Of a stretch of 64,000 bases of DNA, positions 20,044-30,581 are shown piece by piece; positions within the stretch are counted from its first letter, which is position 1, and every line of letters starts with the position of its first letter. Made by a program: the position numbers and the translations under genes. The stretch spans positions 9,474 through 73,473 of the forward strand of contig JAWBXL010000003.1 in the NCBI GenBank assembly GCA_038867895.1, given 5' to 3'. The DNA is from Candidatus Bathyarchaeia archaeon. Its GTDB lineage: Archaea > Thermoproteota > Bathyarchaeia > Bathyarchaeales > DTEX01. Below the pieces are notes generated by a model. The model had not been told where the DNA came from. It ran no database searches and was given only the letters and a program-made list of their open reading frames with translations.

Positions 20044-20862
20044 CTAGACCTTCTCAATTTTTAAACCTATTTTTTTGAGGGTTTCTAGTAGCGGCCGCTT
20101 ATCTTCACCTTTTATTCCCTTCCAGTCAAGGATGATCCTGTCAACTCTCTCGAGGGTTCTCTCGATGCACTGTCTAATAATATATTCATCAGCGTCATGT
20201 AAAGCGTACTTTGGAATCATATGCCCAAACGCAGTTTCACTTAATAACGCTATGCTGGTGAACTTTTTATTGTAGTGCTGTCCGCCTATTCCAAGAGCCG
20301 TGGGATAAATTGTTTTGTTCTCGGCTGCGGCGATGGCCCCCCTAGCGACCGCTTCAGCAGCTTTTGGGTCCATCCATTGCTCGGGCGCGCTTCCAAGCTC
20401 AACGAACATTGCTGGTATATTTAGGGAGGGTCCATGATGCGTGCATTCATAGGAAACCTCGTAGGGTAGATTCATCTCATCTCTAGCATTTTTCATTTCA
20501 ATTAGGGCAGCCCTCATCGCGCTTGCCGGTGAAATAGAAACTTTTCTGGGTTTTCCGCCAAGGAGCGCTTCGCCAATGTTTCCTGGAGTGTGAACTGATA
20601 ATGTTGGTGTTCCGCTTTTACTGCTATGTCTGGATATAAAGATGATCATCTTTAAGTCGCTTAAAGGCGGTATATCTTGCACGTTGACTATTTCCCCCTC
20701 AATGAAGAGGAGCATAGCCTCCTCAGAGCCTCTTAAATCCCTCACATATGCTTGTTGTCCAAGAATCTTCTTGTCACTTTCTCTGAACCCAAATACTTTG
20801 ATGAGTTTATCGGCTATATTTAATCCAGCCACATCAGCTCTTGAAGCCATTATAAGTATCAT
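20044..20862 (-). CDS. dtdA: D-aminoacyl-tRNA deacylase, archaeal type (DTD2)
   Basis: SRHSSKSGTPTLSVHTPGN, YECTHHGPS, LGIGGQHY, FGHMIPKYA and DWKGIKG match the archaeal DtdA family as I recall it from Pyrococcus. Confidence 0.85.
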   Translation of the reverse strand: MILIMASRADVAGLNIADKLIKVFGFRESDKKILGQQAYVRDLRGSEEAMLLFIEGEIVNVQDIPPLSDLKMIIFISRHSSKSGTPTLSVHTPGNIGEALLGGKPRKVSISPASAMRAALIEMKNARDEMNLPYEVSYECTHHGPSLNIPAMFVELGSAPEQWMDPKAAEAVARGAIAAAENKTIYPTALGIGGQHYNKKFTSIALLSETAFGHMIPKYALHDADEYIIRQCIERTLERVDRIILDWKGIKGEDKRPLLETLKKIGLKIEKV

Positions 20863-21051
20863 CTTACCGCACCTAACCAGCTACATACACTTCGCGTAAA
20901 TCATTTTTAACACTTTCTACCAGCCGATAAAACAAATATTTTATTGTTCTATAAAGATAACATTAAAGGGGTGCGTGCTAAATAGAGCGATATACTTAAA
21001 TAAGTATGTAAGATCCTTTGTTAATTGCTGAAGTGTCTGGAAGGTTAACGT

Positions 21052-21504
21052 ATGGCGACCGAGTTTAAGCATATAGTGCGCTTAATTGATAGGGATATAG
21101 ATGGATCTAAAACGGTAGTGGACGCTATAAGCGACATTAAAGGTGTAGGCTTGAGACTAGCTAAAATAATAGCGCATAAAGTTGGTGTCCCGCCCACTAC
21201 GAGGATAGGTTTTCTGTCAAGCGAGAAGATTGAGGAAATAGAAAAGATTGTTAAGAATTTATCTAAGAGTGATTTGCCAAGCTGGCTTTTCAATCGACGT
21301 AAGGATCTTGAGACCGGCGAGGATAGACATCTAATTTCATCCGATATTGATTTGACAGTTAAGACTGATATAGAGCGGGAGAAGACATTATGGTCCTGGC
21401 GGGGGTACCGTCATGCCTATAGCCTTAAGGTTCGTGGGCAGAAAACTAGGACGACTGGTAGAACTGGCAAGACTATTGGCGTCTCTAAGAAGAGAGCGAG
21501 GTGA
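21052..21504 (+). CDS. rps13: 30S ribosomal protein uS13
   Basis: FKHIVRLIDRDIDG...IKGVG...WRGYRH, first gene of the conserved S13-S4-S11-rpoD cluster. Confidence 0.95.
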   Translation: MATEFKHIVRLIDRDIDGSKTVVDAISDIKGVGLRLAKIIAHKVGVPPTTRIGFLSSEKIEEIEKIVKNLSKSDLPSWLFNRRKDLETGEDRHLISSDIDLTVKTDIEREKTLWSWRGYRHAYSLKVRGQKTRTTGRTGKTIGVSKKRAR

Positions 21505-22055
21505 TCTCTATGGGCGACCCGAAGAAGCCAAAGAAGAAGTATGAGTCCCCAAGGCATCCATGGAGGAGCGATGTTTTAAAGAGTGATCTTATTCTGCTTG
21601 GACAGTATGGGCTGAGAAATAAGCGTGAGCTCTGGCGCGCTAAGACGATTCTCTCAAAGATCAGGAGCATGGCAAGGTCTTTGCTTAGCATGTCAGTCGA
21701 TAAAAGGGCTAGGCTGGAAGCTCAGCTTTTGGGGAAATTAAGGCGTCTGGGAATATTGCCTGAAGATGCCGTGTTGGACGATGTTTTAGATATAACCGTA
21801 GAGAATATACTGGAGAGGAGGCTTCAAACAATGGTCTTTAGGAAGGGGTTAGCTAAAACTCCATACCAGGCTCGGCAGCTTATAGTTCACGGTCATATAG
21901 CCATTAATGGTAGAATAGTTTATTCGCCTGGCTATCTTGTTAAGAAAGCTGAGGAGGAAGCGATAACATATGCCCCGACAAGCCCAATTAATAATCCTAG
22001 TCATCCGTTAAGACTTAGCATAGAAGCGGCGCCTGCTCCTGAAAACAGAGGTTAA
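21501..22055 (+). CDS. rps4: 30S ribosomal protein uS4
   Basis: [18 protein letters not shown]-terminus and an S4 RNA-binding domain ([15 protein letters not shown]). Confidence 0.95.
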   Translation: MISMGDPKKPKKKYESPRHPWRSDVLKSDLILLGQYGLRNKRELWRAKTILSKIRSMARSLLSMSVDKRARLEAQLLGKLRRLGILPEDAVLDDVLDITVENILERRLQTMVFRKGLAKTPYQARQLIVHGHIAINGRIVYSPGYLVKKAEEEAITYAPTSPINNPSHPLRLSIEAAPAPENRG

Positions 22056-22071
22056 TGGAGGTCTTAAGGGC

Positions 22072-22476
22072 ATGAGCGGTAAGAAGGAAGAGCTTAGGTG
22101 GGGTATAGCCCACATATACAGCTCATATAATAATACTATAGTTCATATAACAGATCTCTCTGGAGCCGAGACTATTGCTAGAGCCTCTGGAGGAATGTTT
22201 GTTAAGGCTGATAGGCAGGAGTCCTCACCATACGCCGCGATGAGAGCCGCCGCATACGCGGCTCAGATAGCTAAGGATAAAGGCATAAACGCCATTCACA
22301 TAAAAGTTCGCGCCCCAGGGGGCATAGGACCTAGGACGCCCGGCCCAGGCGCCCAGGCGGCTATAAGGGCTCTTGCTAGGGCTGGCTTTAAGATGATTGG
22401 TCGTATAGAAGAGGTTACTCCGCTTCCTCATGATGGGTGTAGGCGGCCTGGTGGGCGTAGAGGTAGAAGAGTATAG
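22072..22476 (+). CDS. rps11: 30S ribosomal protein uS11
   Basis: [18 protein letters not shown]...IKVRAPGG...[15 protein letters not shown]. Confidence 0.95.
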   Translation: MSGKKEELRWGIAHIYSSYNNTIVHITDLSGAETIARASGGMFVKADRQESSPYAAMRAAAYAAQIAKDKGINAIHIKVRAPGGIGPRTPGPGAQAAIRALARAGFKMIGRIEEVTPLPHDGCRRPGGRRGRRV

Positions 22477-22500
22477 CATTTTTGGTGGAAGAGATAAGGT

Positions 22501-23313
22501 ATGCGTGTAACTATGCTTAAGAGGGATGAATTGACCGCCAATTTTATAGTTGAGGGTATAAGTGCCGCTATGGCGAACACGCTTAGAAGGATAATTCTGG
22601 CGGAGGTTCCGACGATGGCTATAGATGATGTCATAATATATGAGAATTCGTCGGTTCTGCATGACGAGATACTTACCCTTAGACTTGGTTTAATCCCCAT
22701 TAAAACCGACCTGAAAACCTATAACCTTCCAGAGAAATGCGATTGTAAGAGTGATCTTGGCTGCCCAAAATGTAGAACAATATTTACGCTTGATGTTGAG
22801 GCTAAGAAGGGTGTACGTATAGTCTATTCAGGCGATCTGGTTTCAGAGGATCCGGAGATAGTTCCTGTAAGTGATAAGATACCTATAGTTAAGCTCATTA
22901 CTGGGCAGAGGGTTAGACTTGAGGCTTATGCGAAGCTGGGTAGAGGTAGAGATCACGCCAAGTGGCAGCCCGTCTCAGCCTGCATATATAGGTATAAGCC
23001 AATAGTTAAGATAGATGAGTCCAGATGCGATGCATGTGGTAAATGCGTCGAATACTGCCCAAGAAAGGTTCTAGTTAAGGAAGGCAATAAAATAGTTGTT
23101 GCTAGGGAGATAGATTGTATTCTATGTAACGATTGCATTAAAGCTTGCGGAGTTAAGTCTCCGCCGATAACCATAAGCTGGGATCCAAGCGCTTTCATAT
23201 TTTATGTTGAATCGGTCGGCTCATTGCCGGTTGGCACGATAATACTTGAGGCCCTTAAAATATATGAAGAAAAATTTATGGAGTTTATGAATTTAGTTGA
23301 GAGTGTGCTGTAA
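22501..23313 (+). CDS. rpoD: DNA-directed RNA polymerase subunit D (Rpo3) with ferredoxin-like Cys domain
   Basis: ANTLRRIILAEVPTMAID dimerisation-domain motif plus CDACGKCVEYCP...CILCNDCIKAC cluster motifs. Confidence 0.92.
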   Translation: MRVTMLKRDELTANFIVEGISAAMANTLRRIILAEVPTMAIDDVIIYENSSVLHDEILTLRLGLIPIKTDLKTYNLPEKCDCKSDLGCPKCRTIFTLDVEAKKGVRIVYSGDLVSEDPEIVPVSDKIPIVKLITGQRVRLEAYAKLGRGRDHAKWQPVSACIYRYKPIVKIDESRCDACGKCVEYCPRKVLVKEGNKIVVAREIDCILCNDCIKACGVKSPPITISWDPSAFIFYVESVGSLPVGTIILEALKIYEEKFMEFMNLVESVL

Positions 23314-23314
23314 A

Positions 23315-23677
23315 ATGAGGAGGAAAAAAGCAATAAACCCAAATCTATCCGCATTACTTCGCCTGCTTAAAAAGGCTTCAAACGAGCATAAGGCAAGGAT
23401 ATGGAGAGCAGTTGCTGAATATCTTTCTGGGACGCGTAGTAGGCGCATTGCAGTTAATATAAGCCGAATAAACCGCTTTACACGTGAGGGGGATGTGGTG
23501 GTTGTTCCGGGAAAGGTTTTAGGAGCTGGTATGCTGGATCATCCTGTGACTGTCGCGGCCTCCGCTTTTTCTAAGCAGGCCCGCGAAAAGATACTTATGG
23601 CTGGAGGGAAATGCTTATCCATACCCGAGCTAATAGAATTGAATCCCGAGGGCTCGAATGTTAAGATAATTGGGTGA
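23315..23677 (+). CDS. rpl18e: 50S ribosomal protein eL18
   Basis: Conserved position after rpoD; VNISRINRFTREGDVVVVPGKVLG. ATG 23315 lies directly after the rpoD stop. Confidence 0.9.
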   Translation: MRRKKAINPNLSALLRLLKKASNEHKARIWRAVAEYLSGTRSRRIAVNISRINRFTREGDVVVVPGKVLGAGMLDHPVTVAASAFSKQAREKILMAGGKCLSIPELIELNPEGSNVKIIG

Positions 23678-23683
23678 AGCGGA

Positions 23684-24121
23684 TTGAAGGTTCCACCAAT
23701 AGATGAGAGAACAAGAATAATAGATGCTACTGGGCTGATACTTGGTAGAATGGCTAGTATAGTTGCTAAAAAATTGTTAAATGGTGAGAAGATCATTATA
23801 GTGAATGCGGAGAAGGCCGTTATTTCCGGAGACAAGTACATAATTATTAATCAATACCGTGATTATTTACAGATAGGCCACCCGGGAAAGGGCCCGCTTC
23901 ATCCGAGAAGACCAGATAGAATGGTTAGAAGGGCTATACGTGGGATGCTCCCATATAAGCAGCCGCGTGGTAGGGATGCTTTTAAGAGACTTAGGGTATA
24001 TATGGGCGTGCCTACGGAGCTCAGAGGCAGGCCGATGGAAACGATCCCTGAAGCCAGCGCCAGCAGACTTAAAGGTAGGTACATAACGGTTCTTGAGGCG
24101 TCCCAGCATATTAAAGGTTAA
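23684..24121 (+). CDS. rpl13: 50S ribosomal protein uL13
   Basis: [37 protein letters not shown]. Confidence 0.95.
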   Translation: MKVPPIDERTRIIDATGLILGRMASIVAKKLLNGEKIIIVNAEKAVISGDKYIIINQYRDYLQIGHPGKGPLHPRRPDRMVRRAIRGMLPYKQPRGRDAFKRLRVYMGVPTELRGRPMETIPEASASRLKGRYITVLEASQHIKG

Positions 24122-24126
24122 GTAGT

Positions 24127-24561
24127 GTGGTGGAGAATATGACGGATAGTTCTGTATCAAAAAAGGTTTTGGTTGTGAGTGGTAAGCGGAAGACATCTAT
24201 TGCGAGGGCTGTTATCAGACCAGGGAAGGGTAGAATACGCATAAATAATATACCTTTAGAAATATACGAGCCCGAAGCAGCCCGCCTCAAAATACTTGAG
24301 CCCCTCTTAGAGGCTGGGGAAGAAGTTTGGAAGAACCTTGATATAGATGTTAATGTTCGCGGCGGCGGCTTTATGGGGCAGGCTGAGGCAGCTAGGATGG
24401 CTGTTGCCAGAGCCCTTGTCAAGTGGACCAAGAGCTCGGCGCTCAAATCAGCTTTTCTAAGGTTTGATAGGGTGCTCCTAGCAGGAGATCCGAGAAGAAA
24501 GGAGCCTAAAAAGTATGGTGGGCCGGGCGCTAGAGCCCAGGATCAGACAAGCTATAGGTAG
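24127..24561 (+). CDS. rps9: 30S ribosomal protein uS9
   Basis: [10 protein letters not shown]...[19 protein letters not shown]...[22 protein letters not shown]. Confidence 0.95.
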   Translation: MVENMTDSSVSKKVLVVSGKRKTSIARAVIRPGKGRIRINNIPLEIYEPEAARLKILEPLLEAGEEVWKNLDIDVNVRGGGFMGQAEAARMAVARALVKWTKSSALKSAFLRFDRVLLAGDPRRKEPKKYGGPGARAQDQTSYR

Positions 24562-24579
24562 TTTTTGGGAGGAATATTC

Positions 24580-24801
24580 ATGATAATCCCTGTAAGATGC
24601 TTTACCTGTGGTAAACTTATTGGCGATAAATGGGAAGAGTTTGCTAGAAGGGTTAAGGCTGGAGAGCATCCCGGGAAGGTCTTAGATAGCCTAGGCTTAA
24701 CCAGATACTGCTGTAGGCGCATGCTTCTCTCCCATGTCGAAATAATGGATGAGGTGGTAAAGTTCTTTGAGAAGAAGGCTGAGTTTGAGGAGGAAGGCTG
24801 A
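24580..24801 (+). CDS. rpoN: DNA-directed RNA polymerase subunit N (Rpo10)
   Basis: [21 protein letters not shown]...RYCCRRML zinc-bundle signature. Carries a short acidic C-terminal extension. Confidence 0.9.
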   Translation: MIIPVRCFTCGKLIGDKWEEFARRVKAGEHPGKVLDSLGLTRYCCRRMLLSHVEIMDEVVKFFEKKAEFEEEG

Positions 24802-26051
24802 TGGCTGCTATAATTGAGGATATTAAGGCGAGAAAAGTTTTTGATAGTAGAGGCGACTTAACCATAGAAGTTGAGGTGGCGACGGCAGAGGGTTTTGGCG
24901 TAGCCTCTGCTCCGAGCGGCGCTAGTAGGGGTAAAGCTGAGGTAGTAGCCTATCCTGGGGGCGGAGTGGAAGAGGCTATAAGGAAGGTTGAAGAGCTTAT
25001 TGCCCCTGAGATAATTGGGATGAGCGCTGACGAGCAGGAGGAGATAGATTATTTATTGCACGAGCTTGATGGAACAGAGAATTTTATGAATATTGGCGGT
25101 AATACGGCATATGCTGTCTCTCTGGCGGTCGCGGATGCCGCGGCTAACTCGTATAATATGCCCTTATTTCGGTATCTTGGTGGGCACTTAGCCTCTCAGC
25201 TGCCATATCCTCTCGGTAACGTTCTTGGCGGGGGTAAGCATGCTTTAGGAAAGGTTCCGGACATTCAGGAGTTTCTTGTCCTTCCGGTAGGCGCAAAATC
25301 TTTTATGGCTGCGGCTGAGGCGAACATTAAAGTTCACAGGAGAGTTAGAGATTTATTGGTTAAGATTGATCCAAACTTTACTGGTGGGAGGGGGGATGAG
25401 GGCGCGTGGGCTCCATGCATATCAAACGAGAAGGCGCTTGAAATAGTCTCAAAGGCTTGTGAAGAAGTTTCTAATGAAGTTGGCTTCGAGTGTGGGCTTG
25501 GTTTAGATATAGCGGCGTCAACCCTCTGGAATCCGGGGAAGCAGCAGTATATATACGCCAACGAGGGGATCAAAAGAGATTCAGGTGAGCAGATTGAATA
25601 TGTTTTAGGGTTAATTGAAAGATATAAGCTTGTTTATGTTGAGGATCCGCTCCATGAGGATGACTTTAAGGGCTTTTGCGAATTGACTTCTAAGGCTAGG
25701 GGGTGTCTCATATGTGGGGATGACCTCTTTGCCACAAATGAGAAGCGCCTTAAGATGGGTGTAGAAATGAACGCTGGGAACACCGTGATAATTAAGGTTA
25801 ACCAGGTTGGGACTCTAACAGATGCTTTAAAAACGATTATGCTTGCTAAGGAGAATGGTTATGTTCCAGTTATCTCCCATAGATCTGGTGAAACAACTTC
25901 CTTCCATATTGCGCACTTTGCGGTGGGCTTTGGATGCCCAATAATAAAGACGGGGGTTGTGGGCGGGGAGCGGTTAGCTAAAATCAACGAGCTAATATAT
26001 ATTGAGGAAATATTAGGTGAAAGGGCTAAAATGGCTAGGCTTAAAATTTAA
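24801..26051 (+). CDS. eno: Enolase
   Basis: ARKVFDSRGDLTIEVEV, SAPSGASRGKAE, EDPLHEDDF, IKVNQVGTLT and SHRSGET. Confidence 0.95.
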   Translation: MAAIIEDIKARKVFDSRGDLTIEVEVATAEGFGVASAPSGASRGKAEVVAYPGGGVEEAIRKVEELIAPEIIGMSADEQEEIDYLLHELDGTENFMNIGGNTAYAVSLAVADAAANSYNMPLFRYLGGHLASQLPYPLGNVLGGGKHALGKVPDIQEFLVLPVGAKSFMAAAEANIKVHRRVRDLLVKIDPNFTGGRGDEGAWAPCISNEKALEIVSKACEEVSNEVGFECGLGLDIAASTLWNPGKQQYIYANEGIKRDSGEQIEYVLGLIERYKLVYVEDPLHEDDFKGFCELTSKARGCLICGDDLFATNEKRLKMGVEMNAGNTVIIKVNQVGTLTDALKTIMLAKENGYVPVISHRSGETTSFHIAHFAVGFGCPIIKTGVVGGERLAKINELIYIEEILGERAKMARLKI

Positions 26052-26067
26052 TGGGGGTGTGTAATGT

Positions 26068-26721
26068 TTGTCTAAGGAGAAGCCTGAGAGCGAAATTACA
26101 GCTATTGAGGGGCTTTTACTCCCCCAGGATGTTTTCTTATCATATGGAGTGCACATAGGAACAAAGATTAAGACTGGAGATATGGAGCCCTTCATCTATA
26201 AGGTTAGGGCGGATGGTCTCTATATTCTGGATATAAGAAAGATTGATGAGCGCATAAGAGTTGCAGCAAAGTTCCTCAGTAGATTTGATCCGCCGAAGGT
26301 TATAGTCACAGCCGTTAGGCTCTACGCGAAGGAGCCAGTTGCAAGGTTCTGTGAGGTGACTAAGGCTACTCCCATGATAGGCCGTTTTCCTCCAGGCTTA
26401 TTCTTAAATCCGCTATATCCTGGGAGACTTGAGCCCGATGTTGTGCTGGTTTCTGATCCAAGGGCTGACTCGCAGGCGGTTAGGGAGGCCACGGAGATAG
26501 GTATTCCAGTGGTAGCCTTATGCAGCACGGACAACGACTTCACAAATATAGACCTAGTTATACCAACAAATAATAAGGGTAGAAAAGCCTTAGCGGTAAT
26601 CTACTGGCTTCTGGCCAGGCAGATCCTGCGGGAGAGAGGCGAGTTGCCGCCAGACGGGGAATTATCAGTGCCAATAGAGGAGTTTGAGGTTAAGCTTGTT
26701 GAGAAGACCCAGCAAGAGTAA
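26068..26721 (+). CDS. rps2: 30S ribosomal protein uS2
   Basis: GVHIGT...DGLYILDIRK...VSDPRADSQAVREA..IGIPVVALCSTDN. Confidence 0.95.
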   Translation: MSKEKPESEITAIEGLLLPQDVFLSYGVHIGTKIKTGDMEPFIYKVRADGLYILDIRKIDERIRVAAKFLSRFDPPKVIVTAVRLYAKEPVARFCEVTKATPMIGRFPPGLFLNPLYPGRLEPDVVLVSDPRADSQAVREATEIGIPVVALCSTDNDFTNIDLVIPTNNKGRKALAVIYWLLARQILRERGELPPDGELSVPIEEFEVKLVEKTQQE

Positions 26722-26830
26722 TTATATTACCATGGAATTTTTAGGGTCCTCAATAGTCAAGTAGATTTTAGAGGTTAATATTTTATTTCTTTTAGCATGA
26801 TAGTTAGTATTGGTTTGAGGGGGCTCTTCA

Positions 26831-27679
26831 TTGAAGGTTAGGTATGCCAAATATGCCGGGAGCTTCTATGCTGGCACAAGAGAATCTCTTATTCGGCAGA
26901 TAGAGGAATGCTTCACGCATAAGTTTGGACCAGGCAGTCTCCCTTCGCTCCAGGAGGTGGGTGAGAGGAAGATAATTGGCTTAGTCTGTCCTCATGCTGG
27001 GTACATGTATTCTGGCCCGGTTGCAGCCAACGCATATCATAGGCTATCTATGGATGGACGCGTGGAAGTCTTCATTATCATGGGGCCAAATCATCAGGGC
27101 ATTGGAAGTGGGGTTGCATTGATGGATAAGGGTGTTTGGCGAACCCCCCTTGGTGACGTTGAAGTGGACGGCGAGATCGCTAGGGAAATACTTCGCCACT
27201 CAAGCATAATCGATGTTGATGAGCTGGCGCATGCCTATGAGCATTCAATAGAGGTTCAGGTCCCCTTCCTACAGTATATATATGGGCAATCACTCAGGTT
27301 TGTCCCAATATGCTTTTTAATGCAGGATCTTGAGACGGCCCGTGAGGTTGGGCAGGCCCTTGCCGAAGCGCTAAAGGATAAAAACGCGGTTATAATAGCC
27401 TCTTCAGATTGGACGCACTATGAACCTCAGAGGGTCGCGTATGAAAAGGATGGCGAGGCAATTAATGCCATCCTAAAGCTGGATGAGAAATTATTTTATT
27501 CTATTCTAGAGTCTAGGCGTATGACCGTATGCGGTTATGGCCCCATCGCGGCCCTTATAACGGCGGCTAAGAGGCTTGGCGCTAGGAACGCTGAGCTCCT
27601 GAGCTATAAGACAAGCGGGGATATGACTGGCGACACGTCTGCAGTTGTGGGCTATGCTGCAATATCAATAACTAAATGA
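26831..27679 (+). CDS. MEMO1-like / AmmeMemoRadiSam system protein B
   Basis: AGSFYAG...CPHAGYMYSGPVAA...GPNH...HSIEVQVPFLQY...SSDWTHY pattern of the Memo/UPF0103 family. Confidence 0.8.
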   Translation: MKVRYAKYAGSFYAGTRESLIRQIEECFTHKFGPGSLPSLQEVGERKIIGLVCPHAGYMYSGPVAANAYHRLSMDGRVEVFIIMGPNHQGIGSGVALMDKGVWRTPLGDVEVDGEIAREILRHSSIIDVDELAHAYEHSIEVQVPFLQYIYGQSLRFVPICFLMQDLETAREVGQALAEALKDKNAVIIASSDWTHYEPQRVAYEKDGEAINAILKLDEKLFYSILESRRMTVCGYGPIAALITAAKRLGARNAELLSYKTSGDMTGDTSAVVGYAAISITK

Positions 27680-28674
27680 AGGCTCCTAAGTTGAAGGAGA
27701 CTTCAAAGGCGTCGGCCCCGGCTAAGGTGATCCTATTCGGCGAGCACTTCGTGGTTTACGATAGGCTAGCGGTAGTTATGGCTATAGATTTAAGGGCGCA
27801 TGTCGCGGTTAAGCCTAGAAGAGATGACAAGGTGCTTATTAGGTCTAATACGATGGGCCTATGCGGGGAGTTCACATTTAATGGTAATTGCAAGATGATT
27901 GGTACCTTCTCTGATAGCGTTAAGCTCAGGCCAATCTACATTGCGGCAAAGAATGTTCTTGATCTCTCTGGGGCGAGGGTTGGCCTAGATATAACTGTTG
28001 AATCGCAGATACCGGTGGCGGCTGGGCTAGGCTCCTCAGCCGCTGTTTCTGTTGCCACGACGGCCGCCGTAGGTAACCTCTTAGAAATGAACTTAAGCAG
28101 AGACGATATATTTAAGCTGGCTTTGGAGACTGAGAGAATTGTTCATGAGAACCCCTCAGGGGTTGATCCAGCCATATCAACTTATGGCGGTGTTCTAGCC
28201 TATAGGCGGAGTAAGGGCATTAGGGAGCTGAAGGTGAATATTGATCTTCCGCTGGTTTTGGGTGATACGCTGATCATGCGCAATACCCGCGAAATGATTC
28301 TACATGTTAGTGAGCTCAGAAGGCTTTATCCAGAAGTTCTTGATGGGATTATGGATATTGGGGATCTCGTCGCCAACCTTGCAATCAAAGCCATTGAAAG
28401 TGGCAATCTAAAGGCCCTTGGACATTTAATGAACATTAATCATTCCCTGCTATATGCGATTGGAGTATCAAATTTGGCTATTGAGGGGCTTGTTTGGGCG
28501 GCTAGGGAGGCTGGGGCGCTTGGCGCTAAGATAACTGGTGCTGGCGGTGGAGGATGCATTATAGCGTTATCTCTGCCAGACCGTTTACACCGGGTTGCAG
28601 AGGCTATTAGGATGGCTGGAGGAATACCACTTGTTGTTAATACTACGTGGGAGGGGGTCAGAATTGAGGAGTGA
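27676..28674 (+). CDS. mvk: Mevalonate kinase
   Basis: GHMP kinase motifs APAKVILFGEHFVVY, PVAAGLGSSAA and KITGAGGGGC. Confidence 0.9.
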   Translation: MKAPKLKETSKASAPAKVILFGEHFVVYDRLAVVMAIDLRAHVAVKPRRDDKVLIRSNTMGLCGEFTFNGNCKMIGTFSDSVKLRPIYIAAKNVLDLSGARVGLDITVESQIPVAAGLGSSAAVSVATTAAVGNLLEMNLSRDDIFKLALETERIVHENPSGVDPAISTYGGVLAYRRSKGIRELKVNIDLPLVLGDTLIMRNTREMILHVSELRRLYPEVLDGIMDIGDLVANLAIKAIESGNLKALGHLMNINHSLLYAIGVSNLAIEGLVWAAREAGALGAKITGAGGGGCIIALSLPDRLHRVAEAIRMAGGIPLVVNTTWEGVRIEE

Positions 28675-29461
28675 ACTAACAATCCTTAAGCTGGGCGGCT
28701 CAGTTATAACCTTTAAGGATAAACCATTGACGCCAAATATGCCCGCGATAAGACGCTTAGCTCATGAAATAGCCATCTCCGGCTCGTCTCCGCTTATAAT
28801 AGTCCATGGAGGCGGAAGTTTCGGCCACTCATTGGCCGCTGAATATAAAATTGCTGAAGGATTGAAGAATCAGGGACAGATGATTGGTTTCTCTAAAACA
28901 CATAATATGATGGCTAGACTAAATATGCTTGTCGTTGAGGCCCTGCTGGATGTGGGTATTCCAGCGGTCGGATTCGCGCCCTCATCCTTTATCATTACTA
29001 GACGTTGTAGGATCATAGGCTTGCATAGGGACATTCTGGATCAGGCTATTAAGACAGGCTTTACGCCAGTCCTTTATGGAGATGTAGTGCTAGATTACGA
29101 TCAGGGATTTGCGGTTCTCTCTGGGGATCAAATAGCCGCTAAGCTTGCGGTGGAATTTAGCGCTAAGAGAATCATATTTGGTGTTGATGTAGACGGCCTA
29201 TATACATGTGACCCAAAAGTTAATCCGGAGGCGCATCTCCTCTCCGAGGTAACCACTAGCGATCTAAGGAGAATTTCTGCTTTGGTGGGTGGCTCAAGGG
29301 CTGTTGATGTGACGGGCGGCATGATGGGGAAAATGATGGAGATAATGGATCCAGCCTCTAAAGGCATTGAGACGCTTATTATAAATGCTTTAAAGGAAAA
29401 TAACGTTTATAGGGCGTTGAGAGGAGAAGGCGTGGTTGGAACGAGAATCATTAGGGGATAA
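28664..29461 (+). CDS. ipk: Isopentenyl phosphate kinase
   Basis: Amino-acid-kinase fold ILKLGGSVITFKDKP...IVHGGGSFGH...VLSGDQI...GVDVDGLY...DVTGGM. TTG 28664 is the likely start. The longer ORF-track start overlaps mvk. Confidence 0.85.
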   Translation: MRSELTILKLGGSVITFKDKPLTPNMPAIRRLAHEIAISGSSPLIIVHGGGSFGHSLAAEYKIAEGLKNQGQMIGFSKTHNMMARLNMLVVEALLDVGIPAVGFAPSSFIITRRCRIIGLHRDILDQAIKTGFTPVLYGDVVLDYDQGFAVLSGDQIAAKLAVEFSAKRIIFGVDVDGLYTCDPKVNPEAHLLSEVTTSDLRRISALVGGSRAVDVTGGMMGKMMEIMDPASKGIETLIINALKENNVYRALRGEGVVGTRIIRG

Positions 29462-30581
29462 GTTTAGGATAGAGAATAGAAAAAATGATCATATCAGAAT
29501 TTGCCTTGAGCGTAATATTGAGGCGAAGAGTATTTCAACGGGCTTCGAGGACGTCTATTTAATACATAGAGCCCTTCCAGAAATCAATTTAAGCGAGGTT
29601 AGAACAGAGACCTCTTTCCTTGGCCATAATTTTTCAGCGCCAATTATTGTTGAGGGCATGACTGGCGGAACAGAAAGAGCCATGGAGATAAATGCCGCGA
29701 TAGCTGAGGCTGTTGAGGGGCTCCGCCTTGGTATGGGCGTTGGGAGCCAGAGGGCCGCCATAGAGAAGCCGAGCCTAGAGCGAACCTATAGGATTGTTAG
29801 GGAGAGAGCTCCGAACGCCTTTATAGCTGCGAATATTGGTGGGGCGCAGCTCGCGGCTGGATACGGTATAAAGGAGGTTTCCTCCATTATTGAGATGATT
29901 GGTGCAGACGCCTTAGTAATACACTTAAATTCCCTTCAAGAGGCCATTCAACCTGAGGGAGAGACATTATACGCCGGAATACTATATAAAATAGGCGATC
30001 TGACCAGTAGGCTTAATGTCCCCATCATAGTTAAGGAGACTGGCTGTGGTATATCATGTGAGGTTGCCCGTATGCTTGAGAAGGCTGGTGTCTCATGCAT
30101 TGATGTCGCTGGAGCTGGAGGGACAAGCTGGGCTGCCGTGGAGTATTATAGGGCTGTTGAGCGTGGCGATGAGCGCGGCCGGGATCTCGGTTTACTCTTC
30201 TGGGACTGGGGTATACCGACGGTTGTCAGCTTGGTTGAGGTTGTCCACTCGGTTAAAATTCCAGTTATATCTTCTGGTGGAATCAGGTTTGGGCTGGATA
30301 TAGCTAAGTCGATCGCTTTAGGGGCATCCCTGGCCGGAATAGCTCGACCAATCCTTTTAGCCGCGTCGAGGGGCCCAGAGGAGACCAAAAGAGCTCTGAA
30401 CTCTTTAGTTAGTCAGCTTAAATGCGTTATGTTTTTGGTTGGAGCTAAATCCATAGAGGATTTAAGGAGGGCTCCGTTGGTTATAGTTGGCAGGACCGCA
30501 GAGTGGCTTAGGGCGAGGGGCTTTAACCCAGATCTACTGTATGCTAGGAGGAGTGTATCAGAGTGGACCTGTTTGATATAG
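29436..30581 (+). CDS. fni: Isopentenyl-diphosphate delta-isomerase, type 2 (FMN-dependent)
   Basis: RKNDHIRICLE, MTGG, GVGSQR, VKETGCG, DVAGAGGTSWA and SSGGIR are characteristic of IDI-2. Confidence 0.9.
   Translation: MERESLGDKFRIENRKNDHIRICLERNIEAKSISTGFEDVYLIHRALPEINLSEVRTETSFLGHNFSAPIIVEGMTGGTERAMEINAAIAEAVEGLRLGMGVGSQRAAIEKPSLERTYRIVRERAPNAFIAANIGGAQLAAGYGIKEVSSIIEMIGADALVIHLNSLQEAIQPEGETLYAGILYKIGDLTSRLNVPIIVKETGCGISCEVARMLEKAGVSCIDVAGAGGTSWAAVEYYRAVERGDERGRDLGLLFWDWGIPTVVSLVEVVHSVKIPVISSGGIRFGLDIAKSIALGASLAGIARPILLAASRGPEETKRALNSLVSQLKCVMFLVGAKSIEDLRRAPLVIVGRTAEWLRARGFNPDLLYARRSVSEWTCLI

Noticed and set aside
22225-22700. Two overlapping minus-strand ORFs (145 aa and 90 aa)
   Set aside because: They are antisense to the S11 and rpoD genes, which are unambiguous.
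28595-28663. Upstream extension of the IPK ORF (MQRLLGWLEEYH...)
   Set aside because: It lies inside the mvk coding region in another frame. IPK homology begins at ...ILKLGGS, with a TTG at 28664.
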